32,000 nucleotides of DNA, taken from Nitrosospira multiformis ATCC 25196 (GTDB lineage Bacteria; Pseudomonadota; Gammaproteobacteria; Burkholderiales; Nitrosomonadaceae). A program made the translations under genes and the position numbers. The notes below the pieces were generated by a model. That model saw only the letters and a list, made by a program, of their open reading frames with translations, ran no database searches and was not told the DNA's origin. Position 1 is the stretch's first letter. The number at the start of each line of letters is the position of its first letter. This document shows, piece after piece, positions 13,643 through 23,493 of the stretch. The DNA lies in contig NC_007614.1 of the NCBI RefSeq assembly GCF_000196355.1, positions 60,001-92,000 of the forward strand. Reading direction: 5' to 3'.

Positions 13643-14869
13643 ATGACAGCAATTATTTCTCCCGCAGCGATTCTCGGTTCCCAGACCCTCCAGCTGAAGT
13701 CTCTGCCCCCGCTGAGCCTTTACATTCACATTCCCTGGTGCATGAAAAAATGCCCCTATTGCGATTTCAACTCGTATGAAGTTCGAGACCGGAGTGGCGG
13801 CATGCCGGAGGCCGAGTATGTAGCCGCCCTCATCCGCGACCTGGAAGCTTCACTGCCCCAGATATGGGGGCGCAAGGTCATCAGTATTTTTTTCGGGGGT
13901 GGAACGCCGAGCCTGTTCAGTCCTCATTCCATCGATGGAATTCTTGCTGCCGTCAGGGCCTTGCTGCCGCTTGAGCACTTGGCTGAAATAACGCTGGAGG
14001 CCAATCCCGGAACGTTCGAGGCACAAAGATTTGCGGATTTCCAGGCTGCCGGCATCAATCGCCTCTCCATCGGCATTCAGAGTTTCAACGCCCGTCACCT
14101 TGCATCACTGGGCCGCATACATGACGGCAAGGACGCTCGTCGTGCGATCGAAATCGCGCAAAAGAACTTCGACAACATCAATCTCGACCTGATGTATGGG
14201 CTGCCGAACCAGACGCTGGAAGAAGCGCGGGAGGATATCGAGACAGCGATTGCTCATGGCGTGCAGCATATTTCCGCCTATCATCTGGCGCTGGAACCCA
14301 ATACATTGTTTCATCGTTATCCACCCTCCCTGCCCGATGATGAGCTGACGGCGGACATGCAGGCAATGATCGAACAAACGCTCGCGCGGGAAGGTTATGC
14401 AAATTATGAAACATCGGCCTTTGCCCGACCTGGCCGGGAATCCCGTCACAACATGAACTACTGGCTGTTTGGAGATTATCTGGGGATCGGGGCCGGAGCG
14501 CACAGCAAAATAAGCTTTCGGGACAGGATAGTGCGCCAGATGCGGTACAGGCAGCCGAAGGAGTATCTGATCAAATCGGTCCCTGAAATGGCATCTGAGC
14601 CCCCTGTCATGGAGCAGCACGAAGTAGGACGGAATGATCGCGCGTTTGAATTCGTGATGAACGCACTACGCCTGACCGACGGGTTTGCACCGCAAATGTT
14701 CATTGAACGCACAGGACTGGCTCTCACTCACATCCAGCGCCAGCTCGACGAGGCGGAACGGCGGCAGTTGATAACGCGGGATTTTCAGCGTATTGCGCCT
14801 ACTTTCGCAGGCAGGCGTTTTTTGAACGATTTGCTGCAGATTTTCCTTCCCGGGCAAAGCCGCGTATAA
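13643..14869 (+). CDS. hemW: radical SAM heme chaperone HemW (HemN-like)
   Basis: It has LYIHIPWCMKKCPYCDF (the CxxxCxxC radical-SAM motif). The start is uncertain (TTG at 13625 in the track). Confidence 0.88.
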   Translation: MTAIISPAAILGSQTLQLKSLPPLSLYIHIPWCMKKCPYCDFNSYEVRDRSGGMPEAEYVAALIRDLEASLPQIWGRKVISIFFGGGTPSLFSPHSIDGILAAVRALLPLEHLAEITLEANPGTFEAQRFADFQAAGINRLSIGIQSFNARHLASLGRIHDGKDARRAIEIAQKNFDNINLDLMYGLPNQTLEEAREDIETAIAHGVQHISAYHLALEPNTLFHRYPPSLPDDELTADMQAMIEQTLAREGYANYETSAFARPGRESRHNMNYWLFGDYLGIGAGAHSKISFRDRIVRQMRYRQPKEYLIKSVPEMASEPPVMEQHEVGRNDRAFEFVMNALRLTDGFAPQMFIERTGLALTHIQRQLDEAERRQLITRDFQRIAPTFAGRRFLNDLLQIFLPGQSRV

Positions 14870-14875
14870 ACCTCT

Positions 14876-15565
14876 TCAGGCGCCCTGTTTTTTCCGGAAT
14901 ATCACATCCCAGACCTCGTGTCCGAGCCGCAGACCCCGCTGCTCGAACTTTGTGAGGGGACGATATTCCGGCCGTGGCGCATAACCAACTGCGGTATTGC
15001 TCAAGTGCGGCTCGCCGCTCAATACTTCCAGTATTTGCTCCGCATAATCCTCCCAGTCGGTCGCCACATGGATATAGCCGCCGGGTTTCAGGCGGCTGCA
15101 AAGCAGGTCAACGAATTCGGCTTGTATCAGCCGGCGCTTGTGATGGCGTGCCTTGGGCCACGGGTCGGGAAAGAAAACGTGCACCCCGTCGAGGCACTCA
15201 GGGGGCAAAGCGTGTTGCAGGACATCAACCGCATCGTGCTGGATGACGCGTATATTCGTAAGCTCGAGTTCTTCCACTTGCTTGAGCAGGCTGCCCATGC
15301 CGGGCGTATGGACTTCAGCGGCAAGATAATCGTTTTGCGGATGCGCTTGGGCGATCAGCGCCGTGGTTTCGCCCATGCCGAAGCCGATTTCCAGGAATTT
15401 GGGCGCACTTCTGCTGAAGATAATGGCCAGGTCAAGCAGTTTCCCGGAATAAGGGATGCCGTATTTCGGCATCAATGTTTCATGGGCACGCCGCTGCGCG
15501 TTTGAAAGGCGTCCCTGGCGAAGAACGAAGCTGCGGATGGGACGATGGGGAGAATGTTCAACCAT
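14876..15565 (-). CDS. trmB: tRNA (guanine46-N7)-methyltransferase
   Basis: LEIGFGMGE...FFPDPWPK motifs. Confidence 0.9.
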   Translation of the reverse strand: MVEHSPHRPIRSFVLRQGRLSNAQRRAHETLMPKYGIPYSGKLLDLAIIFSRSAPKFLEIGFGMGETTALIAQAHPQNDYLAAEVHTPGMGSLLKQVEELELTNIRVIQHDAVDVLQHALPPECLDGVHVFFPDPWPKARHHKRRLIQAEFVDLLCSRLKPGGYIHVATDWEDYAEQILEVLSGEPHLSNTAVGYAPRPEYRPLTKFEQRGLRLGHEVWDVIFRKKQGA

Positions 15566-15616
15566 TTGATATGCCTGGAAAGGACAGGTGGGGGAATACG
15601 AAATCTTTCCCGGTCC

Positions 15617-16411
15617 TTATTTCCCCGACATGTTGCCGATAACTCCCTCCACCGGGGAGCTGGGACTTGCACTGTACAGCTTTTTCGGCATCCGGCCAGC
15701 GAGATACGCTTCGCGCCCCGCTTCAACCGCTTTTTTCATCGCTGATGCCATCAGCACCGGATTTTGCGCGGCAGCAATGGCCGTGTTCATGAGCACGCCG
15801 TCACACCCCAGTTCCATTGCAATCGCCGCATCCGATGCCGTACCCACACCAGCATCCACAATGACCGGGACTTTGGCATTTTCGATGATGATCTGCAGGT
15901 TCCATGGATTGAGGATACCCATGCCCGAACCGATCAGGGATGCCAGCGGCATGATCGCGACGCAGCCGATCTCTTCCAGCTGCCTGGCGGCAATAGGGTC
16001 ATCCGAGGTATAGACCATGACCTGGAAACCCTCCTTGATCAGAATCTCGGCTGCCTTGAGGGTTTCAACGATGTTGGGATAGAGTGTTTTCGGATCACCC
16101 AGGACCTCCAGCTTCACCAGGGTATGACCGTCCAGCAATTCGCGCGCAAGGCGCAAGGTTCTTACTGCATCCTCCACCGTATAGCATCCGGCTGTATTGG
16201 GTAACAGCGTATATTCCGATGGCGGCAGCACATCCAGCAGACTGGGCTCTTCCGGGTTCTGGCCGAGATTCGTTCTGCGGATAGCCACGGTAATGATTTC
16301 TGCGCCGCTGGCGTCCACGGCGGTGCGGGTCTCGTCAAAATCCCTATATTTTCCGGTACCCACCAGGAGGCGTGAGGAATAAGCTTTACCTGCGATGACA
16401 AGTTTGTCCAT
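15617..16411 (-). CDS. thiG: thiazole synthase
   Basis: LVGTGKY...TVAIRR...LPNTAGC motifs. Confidence 0.93.
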   Translation of the reverse strand: MDKLVIAGKAYSSRLLVGTGKYRDFDETRTAVDASGAEIITVAIRRTNLGQNPEEPSLLDVLPPSEYTLLPNTAGCYTVEDAVRTLRLARELLDGHTLVKLEVLGDPKTLYPNIVETLKAAEILIKEGFQVMVYTSDDPIAARQLEEIGCVAIMPLASLIGSGMGILNPWNLQIIIENAKVPVIVDAGVGTASDAAIAMELGCDGVLMNTAIAAAQNPVLMASAMKKAVEAGREAYLAGRMPKKLYSASPSSPVEGVIGNMSGK

Positions 16412-16414
16412 GGG

Positions 16415-16657
16415 CTACCCTCCACCTACGGCAACGACAATTTCAAGCTTGTCGCCGCTTGCAAGCATCGGCTGATCGAACTGGCTGCGCGGTACGATTT
16501 CACCGTTGCGCTCGACCGCGATCCGCTTGCCCTGCAACCCCATGTGCTCCAGTAATTGCCTGATATTTAACCTTGCGTCATTCGTTGTCCCTGAATCGGT
16601 TCCCGAATCTGGAGAAGGGACAAGTTGGGATTGGCCATTGACTATAAGTTGTATCAT
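16415..16657 (-). CDS. thiS: sulfur-carrier protein ThiS
   Basis: 80 aa starting MIQLIVNGQ and ending VAVGGG. It sits directly upstream of thiG. The track ORF extends spuriously to 16942. Confidence 0.85.
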   Translation of the reverse strand: MIQLIVNGQSQLVPSPDSGTDSGTTNDARLNIRQLLEHMGLQGKRIAVERNGEIVPRSQFDQPMLASGDKLEIVVAVGGG

Positions 16658-17079
16658 TTTCCAAAGAGTCGCTTGGCAAAAATGCCGTCTCAGCTTTTGA
16701 CAATATGCGTATTTTATAATTTGAATTATACGGTCCAGCCACCTCCTAGTCGACTCCTGCGCAACCCGATGTTTCATCAGCTGTGCAAGAACTGGTCGGA
16801 AGAATGGGAAGGCCCGAGGAGATTGCTGCGACGGTTGTGCGGTTGTGCCCGGATGTATAGCGACGGTCAAAGCCAGAAATCCTGGGGCGAAGCTGCAAGG
16901 CACTGTTGTGCCCCTGAGGATGCTGACCGCTGTCGGACACAATCATAAGTAAAAAATTATGATAACAATCAAAACCTGTGACTTTTATTTATAGTAATAC
17001 TGGGTACAATGTTCCTATGGATGGCCGCCTCAGGATGGAGCGGCTTTCACTTCACCCATTTCATTGGAGCCTGCCTATC

Positions 17080-17475
17080 ATGGAAAAAGAAATAAGGAAG
17101 TTTTTAACATCCCTATCCATGCTGGGTCTGCTTGCCTCCTGCGCCGAGACCAGTACGCTTGAAGCAAGGAATGATAATGCGAGCATGGCCGGGCAAATTA
17201 TCAGAACTTCCATCGACCACGACGAGCTTGCCAGGCGGTATGAAAGCCGGGCCAGGAAACTGTTGGAAATAGCAGCGGAACACGAGAAACGGCTCCAGTA
17301 TCACGAGGACAAAAGCCCTTCCTACGGGAGGCACGGGCAGGATTTCCAGTCTCACGCCATTCTAGTGCAAAAATACAAACGGGCGGCAGAGAAAGCCACC
17401 CAAGCTGCCTTTCACCATAGGATGGCATCGCAACCGGCAAAACGCGATTATATTGCTTCGATAGCGTTACATTGA
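17080..17475 (+). CDS. putative lipoprotein
   Basis: A signal peptide with a lipobox (LGLLASC) follows MEKEIRKF. GGAG lies 10 nt upstream of the ATG at 17080. Confidence 0.6.
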   Translation: MEKEIRKFLTSLSMLGLLASCAETSTLEARNDNASMAGQIIRTSIDHDELARRYESRARKLLEIAAEHEKRLQYHEDKSPSYGRHGQDFQSHAILVQKYKRAAEKATQAAFHHRMASQPAKRDYIASIALH

Positions 17476-17707
17476 GCTGGATTGCCCCAGGAGCTCGGCA
17501 GTGAATCCCCGCCGACTGGAGTATTGCCGGATCTCGAGCCCCTAAAGCTAGGCGTGGAGGGGGTGCAAGGCCCCATGATCGCCTCCGCGGAATTGATGGG
17601 ATTGTATCAGAAGCAGTAAGGGCCCAAATGGCGGATTGACGGCAGTCCTTTCGCTCTACGGCCCACCCCCGCGTCTCTTTTGCTACCAGCCCCAATGCAT
17701 CCGCAGG

Positions 17708-18220
17708 CTATTCGTTCCACCCTCCCCAAAACAAGGAGGGAGGGGATTGATCGAGCCAGGAAACAGGATAGTGCGAGAGTCCCGGGTAGAGACGACTCCA
17801 AACAGCTGCCACGACAGCCAGGCTAAATACCCCAATGAAAACCGGCTCCCAAAGCCCAGTCAGACTGGAGTGAGCGTGAATCATGATCATCGGATTGGCC
17901 CCGGCTGGAGGGTGTACTGTCCTGGTGAGGAGCATATACCACAAGGCCAATACCTGAGCGAGGGCATAGACCCATAGCGAATCGCCGCAGAGCTGATAGC
18001 AGACAATACCAATGAGAGCGCCCCCAAGGTGACCGCCAAAGAGTGCCCGGGGCTGTGCTGCCGGCGCGCGGGTAAGGCCAAATAAAAATACGGCAGAACC
18101 GCCTAGCGAAGCAAGAAAGAACGGCGAGGCAGGCGGCGAGGCAAGGAACAAGGCCACTGCGACACCCGCTGCAGCGCCAAGCCCGCACCACAATAGACGA
18201 GCTATAGCTGAACGTTGCAC
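17708..18220 (-). CDS. HPP-family membrane protein
   Basis: Polytopic hydrophobic protein with the TRTVHPPAGANP (HPP) motif. Confidence 0.8.
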   Translation of the reverse strand: MQRSAIARLLWCGLGAAAGVAVALFLASPPASPFFLASLGGSAVFLFGLTRAPAAQPRALFGGHLGGALIGIVCYQLCGDSLWVYALAQVLALWYMLLTRTVHPPAGANPMIMIHAHSSLTGLWEPVFIGVFSLAVVAAVWSRLYPGLSHYPVSWLDQSPPSLFWGGWNE

Positions 18221-18513
18221 TGTTTATGTCCGCTCAAAAGCAAATTCCCCCAATCCTCCTGAGGATTATCCTAATATAAAAGATCAGGGAAATTAAGAAA
18301 ACTGATCGGCTTGTTCGGCCCAGATACTCGGGCTCCTGAGAACCTATCCTCTATTTTCGGGAAAAATGGCTGTCCTGATCCTTTGGTCAACACGTGTACT
18401 GCTTTTCCAGCGGTTGGCCCTGATGGTCCGTTTGTCACCGTACGGACTTTTCATAGTAACAGGATCATGATTTCGCTTGCTTTTTGCTTATCCACTTTAA
18501 AGGAGGCTCCGCG

Positions 18514-18903
18514 ATGACCCATACTACCGATCCCAAAATGCAATCATGCATCGATGCCTGTAATCGATGCCATCAAACGTGCCTGCACGAAGCGATGACC
18601 CACTGTCTGGAGTCGGGCGGCAAACACGTTTCTCCGGACCATATGAGGCTTATGTGGAACTGTGCCGAGATCTGTCAGACCTCGGCCAATTTCATGCTGA
18701 GCAACTCCACTTTAAGCAGCCAGCTCTGCGGAGTCTGCGCTGAAGCCTGCGAAGCCTGTGCCAGGAGTTGCGAACAGGTAGGTGACATGGAAGAGTGCGC
18801 CAGAATCTGCCGTGAGTGTGCCGAGAGCTGCCGCCAGATGGCTGGCTCCTATGCTAACCAGGGCACCGGGGCGCAGCAGCGTGTTCCCGCAGATGATTTG
18901 TAG
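18514..18903 (+). CDS. cysteine-rich four-helix-bundle copper-binding protein (DUF326)
   Basis: 129 aa with 16 Cys by my count, in repeated CxxxC/CxxC spacing (CIDACNRC, CAEAC, CARIC, CAESC). A strong AAGGAGG SD precedes the start. Confidence 0.75.
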   Translation: MTHTTDPKMQSCIDACNRCHQTCLHEAMTHCLESGGKHVSPDHMRLMWNCAEICQTSANFMLSNSTLSSQLCGVCAEACEACARSCEQVGDMEECARICRECAESCRQMAGSYANQGTGAQQRVPADDL

Positions 18904-19068
18904 CAAGCCCGATTTCTTCTTTCCTCGGAGGATGCTCCTCTTTAGCGCAGAACTCTGCGTCATCTGTTGCGACTGATCATGACGTAAGGATCGCCAGTGC
19001 TGATCCACTGGCGATATCCCTGTACATTAATCTTGATGTACGGAAAGGGGGCGCATTCTGATTCCGGT

Positions 19069-19404
19069 TTATCCCACAGGTACCAAATCCCCGAAACCGA
19101 CTGTGGTGTAGGAGATAGATGAATAATAAAAATAATCGAAAATGTCCCCGGTTGTGATACCTGCGATTCGGCCAAACCCCATCTCATGCTCCACAAACAT
19201 GTAGGCAACGGCAAAAACCCACACCTCGAGAAAATGGGCGATCAATAGCCCCATCATTACCAGCAATACGCCAATGCGTTTATGTACATGCGCTCCCAAC
19301 GTGCGGCCAAGAAAACGCAGTGCTTCATAATGGAGCATTACACAGATCGCTACGATCATTCCGGATATGCCCAGAATCACGAGGTGGGCAGCATGTTCAT
19401 TCAT
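19069..19404 (-). pseudogene. potassium-channel-like ORF ending 5 aa after the selectivity filter (probable 3' truncation)
   Basis: Two TM helices and a pore helix are followed by TTVGFGDLVPVG*. No inner-helix-like sequence appears in any downstream frame. Confidence 0.5.
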
Positions 19405-19525
19405 GGGTCACTCGTATGCCTGAATTTTTCATTATCCATGAAGGGGGCATTGGACAAAGAGAAATTGAAGTAGGCACATGAGACCGGTAACAGCTTGAAT
19501 GCCTTTTACTCTTTAAGACTTATTT

Positions 19526-20437
19526 ATGAAAAAACAGGAACAGGAGAACGTTGCGCCACGACCGATCTCAAGAAGCGATGTTGCCGCGTATTTCGGGAAG
19601 CCGGAATCCGGCTTTCGTGACCGTCTCTTCGTAATTATCTTCGAAGCCGAGACCCGGGCTGGACGAAGGTTCGATTTTTCGCTCATCGCCGCCATTCTGC
19701 TAAGCGTGGTCGTGGTGATGCTCGATAGCGTTTCCGGGATTAACTACCGGTATGGGGGAATCCTGAATGCTCTGGAGTGGTTTTTCACTGTTGCGTTTAC
19801 GATCGAATACATCGCCCGGCTGTGGTGCGTAAAACATCCTCTGCGATATGCCAGGAGTTTTTTTGGGATAGTGGATCTTCTTGCAATCCTTCCAACATAT
19901 GCTGCTTTTTTCATACCGGAACTGCATGCGTTAGTCGATCTTCGCCTACTGCGGTTGCTGCGAATGTTTCGCCTTCTGAAGCTTACCGCGTACGTGGAGG
20001 AGTATTCGGTGTTGGGCAGCGCAATCATGGCCAGCAGGCGCAAGATCCTGATTTTCCTGTCTGTGGTAGCGATCGTGGTGATTTTGAATGGCACCCTGCT
20101 GTATGTAATAGAAGGAGGTCCGCATTCTCCGTTCAGCAGTATTCCCACATCGGTCTATTTCGCCATTACAGCGGTCACAACCGTCGGGTTTGGCGATATT
20201 ACCCCTCAAACTGATCTGGGGCGCGCCATTACGTCAGTCACCATGCTGGTCGGGTGGAGTATCCTTGCTGTTCCAACCGGAATTATCACTTCTGAAATGA
20301 CCGCTCAACGGTTCGCGATGAAAAGACCGCCAAACACCCGGACCTGCCCTGTCTGCCTGACAACAGGCCTGGAAGAGAACGCAAGGTTTTGCCGCAATTG
20401 TGGAGCGAAACTTCCCTTGTTCGCTCGCGATCAATAG
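19526..20437 (+). CDS. voltage-gated-type ion transport protein (K+ channel) with a C-terminal zinc ribbon
   Basis: It has an S4-like LRLLRLLRMFRLLKL, a TTVGFGD filter, and a C-terminal CPVC...CRNC. Confidence 0.85.
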   Translation: MKKQEQENVAPRPISRSDVAAYFGKPESGFRDRLFVIIFEAETRAGRRFDFSLIAAILLSVVVVMLDSVSGINYRYGGILNALEWFFTVAFTIEYIARLWCVKHPLRYARSFFGIVDLLAILPTYAAFFIPELHALVDLRLLRLLRMFRLLKLTAYVEEYSVLGSAIMASRRKILIFLSVVAIVVILNGTLLYVIEGGPHSPFSSIPTSVYFAITAVTTVGFGDITPQTDLGRAITSVTMLVGWSILAVPTGIITSEMTAQRFAMKRPPNTRTCPVCLTTGLEENARFCRNCGAKLPLFARDQ

Positions 20438-20695
20438 AGGGTTAGCGCGCCAGCGATGGTAGTCAGAGGGGGTTCAGCCATGATGAAGCGGCTTGACTTC
20501 TTACGTAGGTGTGCTTTCTGTACTCGAACGTTGACCGGATAAACGGCATGATGGGTGACTGTGCTGTATGTGAAGAGGATGCAAAAGACTAACGCGAGGC
20601 CGTCAAGGCAGCCAACGGGCAGGAGCCGGTGTGTCCCAATGAAGAACCTGGTTTCGAATAAGGAGCCGCCACTGCCATTTATGGCTTAGTTTCCG

Positions 20696-20701
20696 TATAA
20701 T
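20696..20701 (+). promoter_or_regulatory. candidate -10 box (TATAAT) for the tRNA-Gly gene
   Basis: A perfect TATAAT lies 14 bp upstream of the mature tRNA 5' end. The -35 element is weak. Confidence 0.35.
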
Positions 20702-20714
20702 CCGCACCTATGCG

Positions 20715-20788
20715 GCGGGTGTAGCTCAATGGCAGAGCAGAAGCTTCCCAAGCTTACGACGAGGGTTCGATTCCCTTCACCCGCTCCA
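20715..20788 (+). tRNA. tRNA-Gly (anticodon CCC)
   Basis: 74 nt with acceptor stem GCGGGTG/CACCCGC, D arm GCTC/GAGC, anticodon loop TTCCCAA, T arm GAGGG-TTCGATT-CCCTT and an encoded CCA. It is close to E. coli glyU as I recall it. Position 27:43 is a G-A mismatch. Confidence 0.92.
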
Positions 20789-20801
20789 TTTCTTCCCGCC
20801 T

Positions 20802-22322
20802 ATGAACCGCTACCCCCACTGTACCAGATGGGCCTTCTTCCTCTTTGCCGGGTTAACGATTCTGCTGCTGGGCGGCATCATTTATATTTTTGTCATTTTT
20901 GATCCCAATGCATACAAACCGGAGATCATCCGCCTCGTGAAAGAGAAAAAGGAGCGGATGCTCAGGCTCGATGGTCCCATTACGCTTGTGTTCTTTCCCA
21001 GTCCTGGCTTGAAACTCAGCGGGCTTTTCCTTAGTGAACATAACAGGGACGAAGAATTCGCGACCATAGAGAAGGTTCACGTTTCTCTCGAAATCCTGCC
21101 ATTGCTTCGAAAGGAGCTGGTGCTGAATGAAATCAGCATTACGGGGCTGAAGGCCAATCTGATCCGTTTTTCCGATGGCAGCACCAACATCGATGATCTG
21201 ATCAGGAGCGAGGAACAACGGGAACGCTTCCGATTCGATATAGGGCGGGTGCATATGGAAAAAACTCTGCTCGCCTTCCGCGACGAAGGCAGCGATACGC
21301 ATTTCGTATTCAGGAACATTGGACTGGAAGCTGACCGGGCGGACGAACGAGCAGATTCGGAGGAGGATGCAATTCGCAGCAAAGTGGAATTGGCGTTTAA
21401 CATAGCGCTTCCTGAACATGCTGAAGTCGATATAGCAACCCGTGTACGTTTTCACCTGACTTTGAACGCAGAAAGACAGTATTTCGCACTCAACGGGATG
21501 AATCTCGCTGCCGAGGCGCAGCTTCCGGGTACAGGCCGATTGCTCATCCAGTCGCGCGGAAATTTTTCTGCCAGCTTTTTGGAGGAAGGAGGGGAATTGG
21601 GTGCCGATGAATTCACCTTCGATGTCGGAATAAGGAACGTTGACAGCAGTTTTAATATTGGGGTGAATGCCGTCCATCTGGGCTTGAAGGGACAGAAAGT
21701 GATCGCGGATAAGGTTTTGGGAGTGGCACAAATTAACAGGTCCCATAGTCTGACCCGCGGAAAGTTTTCTCTTTCGTCGATACAGGGTACCCTGGCGGAG
21801 TTCCGGAGTGAGGTGTTCTCGGCCGATCTGGAATCAGAAAGCGAAGGCCGGATTATAAAGGCCCATTTTTCCTCGCCACTTGGCGGCAATATCCAGGCGC
21901 CTTGGCTGGGGCTGCCAGAATTGAAAGCAGAAATCGAGGCGAAGGGTGCAAGCCTTCCCGCGAATGGCATTCAAGGAAGCCTCTTCGGCAGCGCCTCCCT
22001 GGACGGCTCGGCCGGCAAGGCGTGGACAAAGCTGAACGGCACCTTGGCAGACAGCAATATCACGGTGATATTTTCGGCAAGTGGCTTCATTCCGCCCCGC
22101 CTCGCTTTTGAAGCGGATATCGATGAGCTGAACCTGGACCGTTTTTCGGCGCGACAGCAAGATGGGCAGCAGCGACAAAAAGCCGGCCACCCGGAGCGCT
22201 CATTCGAATTAAACGTGCTGGATGATCTGGAGGGCTTGAACCTGGAAGGGTCGGTTCGCGTAGGCGTATTGAAGGCGGGTGACTTCACGGCATCAAGGGT
22301 CAGAGTGCACATACGGCCCTGA
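20802..22322 (+). CDS. AsmA-family outer-membrane assembly protein
   Basis: An N-terminal TM anchor is followed by FDPNAYKPEI..., which is typical of the AsmA N-terminus. It lies upstream of mutY. Confidence 0.75.
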   Translation: MNRYPHCTRWAFFLFAGLTILLLGGIIYIFVIFDPNAYKPEIIRLVKEKKERMLRLDGPITLVFFPSPGLKLSGLFLSEHNRDEEFATIEKVHVSLEILPLLRKELVLNEISITGLKANLIRFSDGSTNIDDLIRSEEQRERFRFDIGRVHMEKTLLAFRDEGSDTHFVFRNIGLEADRADERADSEEDAIRSKVELAFNIALPEHAEVDIATRVRFHLTLNAERQYFALNGMNLAAEAQLPGTGRLLIQSRGNFSASFLEEGGELGADEFTFDVGIRNVDSSFNIGVNAVHLGLKGQKVIADKVLGVAQINRSHSLTRGKFSLSSIQGTLAEFRSEVFSADLESESEGRIIKAHFSSPLGGNIQAPWLGLPELKAEIEAKGASLPANGIQGSLFGSASLDGSAGKAWTKLNGTLADSNITVIFSASGFIPPRLAFEADIDELNLDRFSARQQDGQQRQKAGHPERSFELNVLDDLEGLNLEGSVRVGVLKAGDFTASRVRVHIRP

Positions 22323-23473
22323 TGAGCGCGGGAGGAGATATTTCGGATTCTATTGCGAATTCTTTCGCCACCAGACTCATCCGCTGGCAGCGCGAGCATG
22401 GCCGACACCATCTGCCTTGGCAGAACACGCGTGACGCCTATTCCATCTGGCTCTCGGAAATCATGCTGCAGCAAACGCAGGTGGGGACAGTTATTCCCTA
22501 TTACCGGCGATTTCTGCAATGCTTCCCCGACATACAAAGCCTTGCCTCTGCACCGCTGGATGAGGTAATGGTACAGTGGAGCGGGTTGGGTTACTACTCG
22601 CGTGCGAGGAATCTGCATAAAGCGGCGCAGCGGATTGTGGGAGAGCATGGCGGGATTTTTCCCGAGGAGGTTGCCATCATTCGTCAGCTTCCGGGAATCG
22701 GCCGCTCCACCGCTGCGGCAATTGCGGTGTTTGCATTCGGAAAGCGAGCCGCGATCCTCGACGGCAATGTAAAACGCATTCTTTCGCGTTGCTTCGGAAT
22801 CGAGGGTTACCCGGGTGAAAAGCAGGTGGAAGCGCAGCTATGGCAAAAAGCGGAAGCATTGCTGCCAAAGGGAGATGAGAGCCCGATTGAACGCGATATC
22901 GAGGGCTATACCCAGGCGCTGATGGACCTGGGTGCGACTATCTGCATCCGCGCTCGTCCCATGTGCGGCTCATGCCCGCTTCGGCTGGAGTGTGTTGCAT
23001 TCAGGGATAACCGCGCCGGCAGCCTGCCCACCCCTCGGCCGAGGAAGATATTGCCGGAAAGGGAAGCGGTGCTGCTGCTGGCGGTGGCACAGGGCAAAAT
23101 CCTCTTGGAAAAACGGCCGAGCACGGGGATCTGGGGCGCCCTATGGAGCTTGCCGGAGATGGGGATGAATGAGAATGTGATTGAATACTGCCTGCGTTTC
23201 GGGATAAATGTGCGGCCGATGTCACAGATGGAAGCGCTCACTCACACCTTTACCCACTTCAGATTGCGGATTTATCCGCTCATCCTGCAGGTCATTTCCC
23301 GCCCGCCGGATCATTTGACACCGGAGGTCTTATCGCAGCCCCGGCGTCCCTGTGTATGGAGGATGCCGGAGGATGCGCTGAAAGCTGCCATTCCCTCCCC
23401 CGTGAGGAAAGTGCTTCTACAATATGCATCTCAGACAGAGCCGCTTGAAATTCCGGCTATGACAGATAACTGA
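22322..23473 (+). CDS. mutY: A/G-specific adenine DNA glycosylase
   Basis: It has LPWQ...YSIWLSEIMLQQTQV, a 4-Cys cluster (C..C..C..C) and a NUDIX-like C-terminus. Confidence 0.93.
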   Translation: MSAGGDISDSIANSFATRLIRWQREHGRHHLPWQNTRDAYSIWLSEIMLQQTQVGTVIPYYRRFLQCFPDIQSLASAPLDEVMVQWSGLGYYSRARNLHKAAQRIVGEHGGIFPEEVAIIRQLPGIGRSTAAAIAVFAFGKRAAILDGNVKRILSRCFGIEGYPGEKQVEAQLWQKAEALLPKGDESPIERDIEGYTQALMDLGATICIRARPMCGSCPLRLECVAFRDNRAGSLPTPRPRKILPEREAVLLLAVAQGKILLEKRPSTGIWGALWSLPEMGMNENVIEYCLRFGINVRPMSQMEALTHTFTHFRLRIYPLILQVISRPPDHLTPEVLSQPRRPCVWRMPEDALKAAIPSPVRKVLLQYASQTEPLEIPAMTDN

Positions 23474-23493
23474 CCGGGTATATATTCGAAAGA

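Noticed and set aside
16415-16942. 175-aa ORF as an extended ThiS
   Set aside because: Only the last 80 codons resemble ThiS (MIQLIVNG...VGGG). The N-terminal extension has no coding-like features.
17476-17707. 230-bp GC-rich spacer after the lipoprotein gene as a possible ncRNA or pseudogene
   Set aside because: I could identify no convincing promoter/terminator pair, repeat or conserved RNA motif by eye. The overlapping 164-aa minus ORF (17201-17695) looks like a shadow frame.
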